This document shows positions 55,255 through 64,000 of a stretch of 64,000 nucleotides of DNA, in pieces. The stretch is from Octopus vulgaris. Lineage: Eukaryota. Position 1 is the first letter of the stretch. Each line of letters begins with the position of its first letter. The notes under the pieces are model-generated. The model was not told where the DNA came from and searched no databases. It saw only the letters and a list, made by a program, of their open reading frames with translations. The position numbers were made by a program, and so were the translations under genes. The stretch lies in assembly GCA_951406725.2 (NCBI GenBank), contig OX597818.1:111290001-111354000 (forward strand), written 5' to 3'.

Positions 55255-56155
55255 CCAAAGACCGTCCCCAAAGAGCGGCTATAAGCGGTGTGGTGAAGCG
55301 GTGACTGTCTATTGCAGAGGCTACTGCGCATCGCAGAACACGTACCCACACATTACACCGTCGCTAAGGGTAAGGTGAGGGCCTACCACGGACAATTGCG
55401 GGACCTCCGACTTTTGTGGACAGGACAAGCGTCCAGGTAGCCGCGCTCCAAGCTTACATGCCACCCGCAGACACTCCGCTCTTACACGCACCCGCCTCAA
55501 CGCCGACAAGCCACGCGTCCAGGTAGCCACGCTCCGAGCTAACGAGGGTCCATACACACCTCGCTCTTACACGCACTTGCCTCAACGCCCGGTGTATTAA
55601 GGTGGGACGGTGCCACCGGGGCCGCCAGGTACCTGGGCCGCTTGCCGGTTCGACGCCTATGCGGATTCCGGAAGACCGCCCCCTATTCGAAGCCAACTGA
55701 GGGCAGCTTGAGACGGCCCACCGACGTTCAACGCGTTAACGGATCTCGGCAACGGTCCTTCACTCACGGAGTGGTTGGCGTTAGGAAGGGCATCCAGCCG
55801 TAGAAACACTGCCAGATCTGACTGGGCCTGATGAAGCCTTCCAGCTTCACAGACCCCAGTTGAACCGTCCAACCCATGCTAGCATGGAGAACGGACGCTA
55901 AATGATGATGATGATGATGATGTATGTGTGTGTGTGTGTGTGTTTGTGTGTCTGTGTTTGTCCCCCTAGCATTGCTTGACAACCGAAGCTGGTGTGTTTA
56001 CGTCCCCGTCACCTAGCGGTTCGGCAAAAGAGACCGAAAGAATAAGTACTGGGCTTACAAAGAATAAGTCCCGGGGTCGATTTGCTCGACAAAAGGCGGT
56101 GCTCCAGCATGGCCGCAGTCAAATGACTGAAACAAGTAAAAGAGTAAAGAGAGTA
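55024..56155 (+). mobile_element. Full-length SINE family B with nested insertions in its internal microsatellite
   Basis: Head 55024-55187, tail 55920-56155. Confidence 0.85.
55761..55920 (+). mobile_element. 3' part of another SINE family with an (ATG)n tail
   Basis: GGTTGGCGTTAGGAAGGGCATCCAGCCGTAGAAAC..GGACGCTAAATGATGATG. Confidence 0.65.
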
Positions 56156-56699
56156 AACTTAACTAAGTTAATTATTTTATCTCCTCATTCATATGATACT
56201 ATTCTCCATTGTAATTTATTATTCAGTCCCTATTATGAGATTAATTATATTCACATATTATCTATTCCCCTCTAAAACAACCTATAACCCACTAACCCAA
56301 GAATATACCAATATTAGCCATGAAATAATATTCAGTCTGCTCGGATGATTCTAAAATATAACACATAAAACCTAGCGCTATATTTTTTCTACCCCACCCC
56401 CAAAGAGATTTTGCCTAATATAATGATTTTAATAATTACTATTTAATCCTTTTAGGCTTAATTGAAACAGCTGTAAGGGACTATGTTTGATTTTTGCAGA
56501 TAATAAGCTTTTATTAAATGCTATATCTCCATTTTTACATTTTCTTTTGAATGATTGTAAACCATGGATTATATAAAAACCTTTTGTTTTATGGATATTA
56601 TTATTCAGAGCAGTTTGATTCGGATTCCGTGCTATTTCAGGTTTCGAAGCCTCTAAATGTGTGTGTGTGCGCGCGCGTGCGTGTGTACATGTGTGCGAA

Positions 56700-56905
56700 A
56701 TTCTTCATTTGTTCCCCACCACTGCATGACAACCAGTGTTGGTATGTTTATGTCCTCGTAACTTAACGGTTCGGCAAAAGACACCAATAGAATAAGTACC
56801 AGGCTTTAAACAAGTAAGTACTGGGGTCGATTAGTTCGCCAAAAAATTCTTGAAGGCGGTGCCCCAGCATGGCCGTAATCTAATGACTGAACATGTAAAA
56901 GAATA
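56700..56905 (+). mobile_element. SINE family B 3' half
   Basis: Shared family motifs. Confidence 0.75.
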
Positions 56906-56949
56906 ACGGTAACTAAATAAAACTAGGTTAATGATGAGTGGACATTTGT

Positions 56950-57335
56950 GGAGGCGCAATGGCCGAGTAGTTAGGGTAGCAGACTCGCGGTCGTAAGATC
57001 GCGGTTTCGATTCCCAGACCGGGCGTTATGAATGTTTATTGAGCGAAAACACCTAAATCTTTACGAGGCACCAGCAGGTGGGTGGGGTGGCGAAATTTGC
57101 TGTACTATTTCACCACAACTTTCTCTCACTCTTTCTTCCTGTTTCTCTTGTACCTGTATTTCAAAGGGCCAGCCTTGTCACACTCTGTGTCACGCGGAAT
57201 CTCCCCCGAGAACTACGTTAAGGGTACACGTATCTATGGAGTGGTCAACTACTTGCACGTTAATTTCAGGAGCAGGCTGTTCTGTTGATCGGATCAATTG
57301 GAACTATTGTCGTCGTAACCGACGGAGTGCAACAA
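56950..57335 (+). mobile_element. tRNA-derived SINE family C
   Basis: GGCGCAATGGCCGAGTAGTTAGGG (A box)..GGTTTCGATTCCC (B box). Confidence 0.8.
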
Positions 57336-58307
57336 CTCACATTTACACAGCAGTTTACATTAATATTCAGTAAATAGGCTGGCTGTTCAGTTTTTCTGAC
57401 AACTAGCCCACTCGTTCGTGGAAATCAACGTGAGACTCCCTCGTGTGTTGCTTATCTACCACGAATAATGATACGTTGGAAGTAGAGAATCACTTACAAA
57501 TAAACATACATTGAAATGATACGTTGCTCATGTCCACAACAGGAAAGATAAGTTTTAGAGGAGGTGAAATAGGATTGTTGACACTCACTAACTGAGGTAA
57601 TTACTGACGAAATTCAAGTAACATGCAGGTTTAACAGGAATCGAAAGAAAAGCATTGTCCAAGCTGACCGATAATTTGTCACTGTACGTAAAATCTTGCA
57701 ACAAAGTCAATATTAAATTTTGAGATTCTATCAAATATTTTGTTCCTCTCTTGTCTTCTTAGTTTGGTTAGAGAGCCGGTGGCACTTGAGATATTTTCAG
57801 TTTGTGACCTGAGGAAGTTGAGAACACGCGCAAAATGTGATTATTCGTTTTGCTTTAGATGTGCACAAAATAAAATTACTGTCTTTTAAATAAGAAATTA
57901 TAGCTGCAAGAAATTTAAGTTTGGTCGGTCAAGTTTTGCAAAGTTGGTAAGAAAACTGTTCTTGATAGTCATTATTTTAGTGCTTATGGCAATTGAAAAG
58001 TCGATACCTGCATGACGCCAGACTAAACGTATTTCAAAATTTAGTTTCGTACCTGTAGGCTCTCAATCAAAATAACAGAACAAAGATGTAAATAAAAATA
58101 TTCAACTCTGCTCAACTATATCATGATTGTAAGTATATGTGTAATGTCGTAAATTCCGTCCATTATACATAAATCCATAGGATTTACCGTTTACTCACAA
58201 GCCAAATGATGCAGCTCTTTATAAAAGACCTTTATTAGAAAGGCAGAGGAGCCGCAACGAACGGAGGAAACGGATATCTGCTTTGGGCCTAAATATAGCC
58301 GCAGTAT

Positions 58308-58384
<77 letters not shown>

Positions 58385-58514
58385 GACAAGGTCGAGAAAA
58401 GAACGAAATCGCAATAAATAATTAATAAATAAATAGATTTTTTTCCAAAATCCTAGCAACCTTTTTTTCTCAATATTCAATATTTGTACACCACATCTAA
58501 CACTCTATACATAC

Positions 58515-58613
<99 letters not shown>

Positions 58614-58720
58614 CTGCTCGCTTAGCCAGCGGGGTGGCGTCATTCGAAGGCTAAAACAATACGACAGCATTGTGACCAGCGATGTGTAACAACATCTGAT
58701 GGTCTGGTCGGTCACGTGAT

Positions 58721-58765
<45 letters not shown>

Positions 58766-58791
58766 AATATGTTACATTACTCGATAGTCAA

Positions 58792-58851
58792 GATAAAACT
58801 CTGAGTTTCAGATGCCGAAGTGGGAATCCACAACGCCATCTCTTCGGTTAT
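58792..58851 (-). ncRNA. Hammerhead-like motif (CCGAAGA core)
   Basis: Mirror copy of 58858-58916. Confidence 0.55.
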
Positions 58852-58857
58852 AGCCAG

Positions 58858-58916
58858 ATAACCGAAGAGATGGCGTTGTGGATTCCCACTTCGGCATCTG
58901 AAACTCAGAGTTTTAT
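58858..58916 (+). ncRNA. Hammerhead-like motif (CCGAAGA core)
   Basis: ATAA-CCGAAGA-GATG..CATC-T-GAAA-CTCAGAG-TT-TTAT. Confidence 0.55.
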
Positions 58917-59012
58917 ATTGACTATCGAGTAATGTAACATATTATTTTATAGATAAATTTCCTCTATTTACATAATATTGAGGTCTCTTTCTTTTGTTAT
59001 CTTACCGTTTTA

Positions 59013-59135
<123 letters not shown>

Positions 59136-59161
59136 TACATACATACGTGCATATATATATA

Positions 59162-60200
59162 GTTTCCTGAAGGAATGGAGACACTAACTTGCAGTCCCTC
59201 TGACCAACCTCTGGATAAATTCTTTAGACTCAGGTTATATACCGAAACAGCTCCTATCCCAGTCTGTCATCCCGGTTTTCAAACAGGGAAACAGATCCCT
59301 CGCAGTCAACTATCTCACTCATCTCCCACATCATTAAAGTGTTTGAAAGAGTGGTAAGATCAAGGACCTACAAACTCATAAATGCAAATCCGTATGGCTT
59401 TCGCTGTAGCAGGGACTGTCTAACATAGCTCTTACACCACATTGAAGATATAATTAAAGCCTTGGGAACAGGTTCGAAATCTGATGTCATATATCTTGAC
59501 TTCAGTAATGTTGGAATCCGTGGAAAACTTCTACACTGGATTAAGCATTTCCTGGCGAATAGAACACAAGGAGTTGTGGTCGATGGAGTTCACTCAAGTC
59601 CAGCAAAAGTCACCAGTGGTGTCCTTCAAGGGACTGTCTTGGGCCCGCTCCTCTTTAAAATTTCCAGCGTCGTAAATCACTGCAAAGTGAAAATATTTGC
59701 TGATGAAACTAAGCTCCAGCAAATCATTAATGAAGAAGAAGACCGAACTCAACTCCAGTCTGATCTATATGCTGTGAGTCAATGGGCAGACAAAAACACA
59801 ATGCAACTGAACGAGAGAAAATTTGAGCTTATGCATTTTGGAAGAAGGTCTATACTAAAACAGCCATAGTCTCTTCCTTCAGGGGAAACACTCACAGCAT
59901 CTAACAATATCAGAGACCTGAGTGTAATTGTAGATAACAATCTCAGTTGGAGTGTCCACATCAACAATAAGGTTGATATAGCTCTAGGATGAGCTCCTGG
60001 ATCTTAAGAACATTCTGGTCCAGAGAACAAGGTGTCATCATTCCACTTTTCTCCTCCTTTGTACGGCCACACCTCGAATACTGCTGCCCACTGTGGTCTC
60101 CCCATACAAAACAAAACATCTCGAGGATTGAATCACCCCAGAGGGCACTCACTAAACGAATTGAAGGCATGACTGATCTCGATTACTGGGACCGCCTTAA
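59162..60200 (+). mobile_element. Degenerate CR1-group LINE reverse transcriptase fragment
   Basis: SHIIKVFERVV, YGFR, DVIYLDFS, SGVLQGTVLGPLLF, IFADETKL, VRPHLEYCCPLWSPH; stops and deletions. Confidence 0.85.
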
Positions 60201-60925
60201 ATACATATGTATTTGAATTTTTCTTGTTATATATCACATTTAAACATAGACATTTTTATTCTGATGTTTAATCTTATAGCATAGATGCACGATTCATAGG
60301 TATTATATACACGGTGTGTATTTTAACGAAATCATCTATTTCATTTATTGAAAGTATATTTAACTTTATGGACTATTCTTAAGAATCATTACGTATTATT
60401 TACACAATGCTTATTTAATCTTGTCTATTTGAATTTATTGAATGTATAGTTAACTTTATGGGTACAATAGAGTCTGTTTTTCCTCTTGTTGTTGCAAAAC
60501 TTTCGTTTTGATGTAAGATTCTGGCCGATTAACTGTTTACAAGATAGCCACTGCCTTTCAACTTATTCGGCAGGTCCATAATGCATTCTTCTACGCCCTT
60601 ATTATCGATAAAATACATCTATAATAAACCCAATTGTTACTTTTATTTTTTTAATTTCATCTTAGTTTTTAGTTAATGCGTTTCTAAGTAACTTGTGATA
60701 GTGGTGGATGTTAAGATTATAAAGGTCACCAGTCTTATCTGCATGAACAATAATTTCGTCTCTTCTCCTAAGATCTTTGGTGATAGAGTTTACTCTCTTC
60801 AGATATTCGTTTCCTCTGAAGAGAAGATTACTTAGGAAATTACTTAGAAACGAAATAACTGAAAACTCTAAGTTAACAAATAGTAGAACACTAAAAACTA
60901 TATATATATATATATATATATATAT

Positions 60926-62011
60926 TTAGGATTTAGAAAGTATATTGAAAAGGCATGGAAGAGATACCTAGACGACTGTTTCATAATCTGGACAGAATCT
61001 CTAAATACTCTGGAAGAGTTCAATATCCTCCTGAACAACCTACACCCATCTCTCAAATTTACAAAGGAGATGAGTAGTACCAAATTACCATTCCTGGATA
61101 TAATGGTAATTAAAAAAGACACCACCATCACCACAGATATATACTATAAACACACAGACACACATCAATACCTAAATTTTAAGTCGTGCCATCCACCACA
61201 TACAAAACGTAACATCCCATACTGCCTAGCCAGAAGAATTTGTACTATTGTAGAAGATGCAAATATCAGGAACAAACGCCTAATAGAACTAAGAGAATTT
61301 TTGCTCAAACAAAAATACCCATCTCTACTTATAGAAAATGGCATACAGCGGGCTATAAAAATACCTATACAACAACTTAGGACAACCCAAGGAAGAGGAA
61401 AACAAGAACAAGTCATACCATTCATAGTGACACACAACCCATGTCACCAGAATATCTTCAACATTGCCAAAGCAAACCTACCAATCATTGCCCAAAGTAA
61501 TGAATTAAAAGACATAATCAAGGATCGAGCTATGGTGCTTAGTAAAAGACAGCCTAAAAACTTGAAAACATTACTAACAAAGGCAAAATTTGACCTCAGC
61601 AACAAAGACCAAACATTCACGGTATCTAAATGCAATGATAGCCGATGTGGCACATGCCAATTCATACATACCGGTCAATATATAAACACAAAAACCGGGA
61701 AAATATTCACAAACGCGAATATGAACTGCAAAAGCAGAAATTTAATTTACTGCATCAAATGCCCAAATTGTGAAGAAATATATGTAGGTCAGACGGGAAA
61801 CGCACTATTAGAACGCTCACGTGTACACCGGCAACAGATTAGAGACCCAGAGGTCCGTCAGATACCTTTGAGTAACCACCTAGCAACATGTGGTCGGAAA
61901 ATATATATAATATTTCCATTCTACAAATTACACAGCCCAAGTGAAATCGAGAGGAAAATCAGAGAAAAGAATTTTATTGATAAATTCGAACCCAAGCTAA
62001 ATAAGCAATAA
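60926..62011 (+). CDS. Penelope-like (Neptune-type) ORF, 5'-truncated: RT core end, thumb, Zn finger, GIY-YIG
   Basis: WKRYLDDCF, LPFLDI, TDIYYKHTDTHQYL..SCHP, CNDSRCGTC, NLIYCIKC..YVGQT; no internal stops. Confidence 0.9.
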   Translation, partial: LGFRKYIEKAWKRYLDDCFIIWTESLNTLEEFNILLNNLHPSLKFTKEMSSTKLPFLDIMVIKKDTTITTDIYYKHTDTHQYLNFKSCHPPHTKRNIPYCLARRICTIVEDANIRNKRLIELREFLLKQKYPSLLIENGIQRAIKIPIQQLRTTQGRGKQEQVIPFIVTHNPCHQNIFNIAKANLPIIAQSNELKDIIKDRAMVLSKRQPKNLKTLLTKAKFDLSNKDQTFTVSKCNDSRCGTCQFIHTGQYINTKTGKIFTNANMNCKSRNLIYCIKCPNCEEIYVGQTGNALLERSRVHRQQIRDPEVRQIPLSNHLATCGRKIYIIFPFYKLHSPSEIERKIREKNFIDKFEPKLNKQ

Positions 62012-62325
62012 TAATAATACTTAGAGGTATTACTTCCACTGCTACGACCATGACCACTAACAACAACAACAATACTAAAGGTGATCAAGACGAAGATAGC
62101 AGGAAAATTATCTTATTTAGGGTTAAAAGTTCTATTGCCACCACCATCACCACTAGCAACAATAATTAAGGTGCTGACAATGATGATGACAATTGAAATA
62201 TAAAAATATAAAAATCTCTGACAAAGGATATTTACAACATTTCTAAAAATAACCCAACAATTGCTGCTTCGGCCAGGGTCAAGATACAGGACTCTTGACC
62301 TGTCCAACAAAGCGTGATGCCTAAA

Positions 62326-62439
62326 CCAATCAGCTCAACCAACCAATCAGCTTAAGTAATTGAGTGATACTACACACTGATTGGTCAGAATACAGTTTGC
62401 AAAACCTAGCACTCTGGAGCCTACCCAGCTGTATTTATA
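62326..62439 (+). promoter_or_regulatory. Candidate Pol II promoter in the pLTR
   Basis: CCAATCAG at 62326 and 62343, reverse ATTGG at 62380, TATTTATA at 62432. Confidence 0.45.
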
Positions 62440-62502
62440 GCACAGAATCACTCATCTTGCTACAGTCAAAAATTGTGAAGCATGACTGTCAACACTACTA
62501 CA

Positions 62503-62547
62503 TGAACCCGAAGATTGCAGAATTCAATGCATGAAAGTACTAGTTCA
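62503..62547 (+). ncRNA. Minimal hammerhead motif of the PLE pLTR (CCGAAGA core)
   Basis: TGAAC-CCGAAGA-TTGCA-GAATTCAA-TGCAT-GAAA-GTAC-TA-GTTCA. Confidence 0.7.
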
Positions 62548-62752
62548 ATCAGAATGAATATTTAACATTCTACTATTTCATTTTATTTTATTCAATTATA
62601 ATATATTATCTTATAATATATCATTATAAGATTGTAAATAAAACGTGAAAATCAGACAAGGTTGGAATTCTTTTTATTAATATATTCTTCTATACACAAT
62701 CACACACACCCATATATATATATATCTATATTCCTATTGTGTATATGCCAAC

Positions 62753-64000
62753 ATGTCTGGAAAGCAACAAACAAAATTAACAGAATCCGAAAGAATTCTA
62801 ATGGAAATTTCATCGAAATTATCAACACTCATCACGATGATTGACACACAATCCTCTATTTTAAAGGAAATAGAAAAACAGTCTACAGACGGAAAACTTG
62901 GAAATGAACACATAAACTCTGAAATTAAGAATTTAGCTGAAATGATACCAACAATTATAAAATCTACAAGAGAAAGCCTACCACAACCTCCTTGGATGTC
63001 AGAAATAAACGAAAGAAATCTGGAAAAAGAGGCACACCGAAAAAGAGAAGAGATACAGAAGACATGGAAAAAACTCCTTAACATAAGAAAACAAAACTTC
63101 TGGAAGGCATATAAATGCGAAAAATATGCTGAAATACATTCGAAATGGATATCTTTAGCGGCACCCATACTTCCTCGGAAGTACCTAATTAAAGAAATTG
63201 CAGGAGAACCAGAGGAAGAAACTAAACTTCGATGGGACCTTAGTTTGATAAAATTCAGGACCGACATCTCCATTACCCTGTCTAAACAATCCCGCTACAA
63301 AGCCAAATACGAAGCTATCGATGATCAAATCAGAGATGAAATATCCAAACTAACGACCGGCAATATAGCAGAAAAAATGCGAGAACTATGGATCAGAGAT
63401 ATCTCAAAAGAAGAAAGCAGATCAAGAAAGTTTTGGCAGCGGAAACAATTATTTCTCGACAAATATGCTACAAATTACGGTAAAGACACCAGAACTCCGA
63501 GAAATAGCATTAAAAGTGGACAACCTCACCAACGCAACATACACCAGAACACGTGGCAACATGAACACCCGTTTCACCACGAATCGAAGACGAACTACGG
63601 TAAGAACTCTTCCCATTTTGTATGCAAACACCCTAATGCACACAACATGAACAAAAAGCACAAACAAAATAGATATTGTTTTGAACAGACCATTAGCAGT
63701 AGAAATAACAGGAGATCATTTTCAAGACCTCAACAGAGATTACCCACAAGAAACTGGACAAAAAACCGATCTAGATCTAGAAGTAAACCCAGATCATTTC
63801 TCCAGGTGGTTAAAAACAATGCTAACAAGAAATTGAAAAGTAGCATACATAATACCAAAAACAAGACAGAAAACATAACGAAACCAAGTAAAGTACCACA
63901 ACCAAAACGCAAAATTCATCAAGCAAACATCAACAGGAATATAAATCATAACCAGAAAAAAATCCATTTTTTTACGTCAGGACAACAAACACCGGAGAAA
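62753..64000 (+). CDS. Open frame of at least 416 codons: probable N-terminal/upstream ORF of the next PLE unit (runs off window)
   Basis: Hand-translated with no stop: MSGKQQTKLTESERILMEIS..WKKLLNIRKQNFWKAY..PILPRKYLIKEIAGEPEEE..; helical N-half, basic low-complexity C-half; not in the ORF track because it has no stop. Confidence 0.75.
   Translation, partial: MSGKQQTKLTESERILMEISSKLSTLITMIDTQSSILKEIEKQSTDGKLGNEHINSEIKNLAEMIPTIIKSTRESLPQPPWMSEINERNLEKEAHRKREEIQKTWKKLLNIRKQNFWKAYKCEKYAEIHSKWISLAAPILPRKYLIKEIAGEPEEETKLRWDLSLIKFRTDISITLSKQSRYKAKYEAIDDQIRDEISKLTTGNIAEKMRELWIRDISKEESRSRKFWQRKQLFLDKYATNYGKDTRTPRNSIKSGQPHQRNIHQNTWQHEHPFHHESKTNYGKNSSHFVCKHPNAHNMNKKHKQNRYCFEQTISSRNNRRSFSRPQQRLPTRNWTKNRSRSRSKPRSFLQVVKNNANKKLKSSIHNTKNKTENITKPSKVPQPKRKIHQANINRNINHNQKKIHFFTSGQQTPEK

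Larger units (their letters stand above)
58761..58948. repeat. Near-perfect palindrome (~91-bp arms) carrying a hammerhead motif on each strand
   Basis: One mismatch seen; 6-nt spacer AGCCAG. Confidence 0.95.

Noticed and set aside
56460-56482. GAAA-CAGCTG-TA-AGGG hammerhead 3' half
   Set aside because: No convincing CUGANGA upstream; likely a decayed end, not counted
58198-58287. Possible minus-strand exon (AG..GTGAGT)
   Set aside because: Weak acceptor and no recognisable peptide
60660-60875. CTGAAGA..GAAACG with a short inverted repeat
   Set aside because: Stems and cleavage triplet too degenerate to call
62734-63273. 179-aa minus-strand ORF
   Set aside because: Antisense shadow of the longer plus-strand frame

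Overview
AT-rich eukaryotic genomic DNA, very rich in microsatellites and transposons. The SINE families and repeat content point to an octopus/cephalopod (inference). The only clear host gene is a large minus-strand coding exon of a FucTA-type alpha-1,3-fucosyltransferase (33795-34957); I could not find its last exon in the window. The rest is (TA)n/(CA)n tracts, several tRNA-derived SINE families, CR1/RTE/Tx1-like LINE relics, MITEs, a non-autonomous Helitron and Penelope-like retroelements (PLEs). The PLEs are a Naiad-type copy (7049-10855), a Naiad RT relic, and a Neptune-type partial tandem (60926-64000) followed by an unlisted ORF of at least 416 codons. The most notable signal is about 16-18 minimal type I hammerhead-ribozyme motifs, read by eye, from several families. 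Most sit in short solo pseudo-LTR pieces next to microsatellites, some are fold-back pairs, and several share non-canonical core variants. Folds and protein-family calls were made by eye and are untested; repeat boundaries are approximate.
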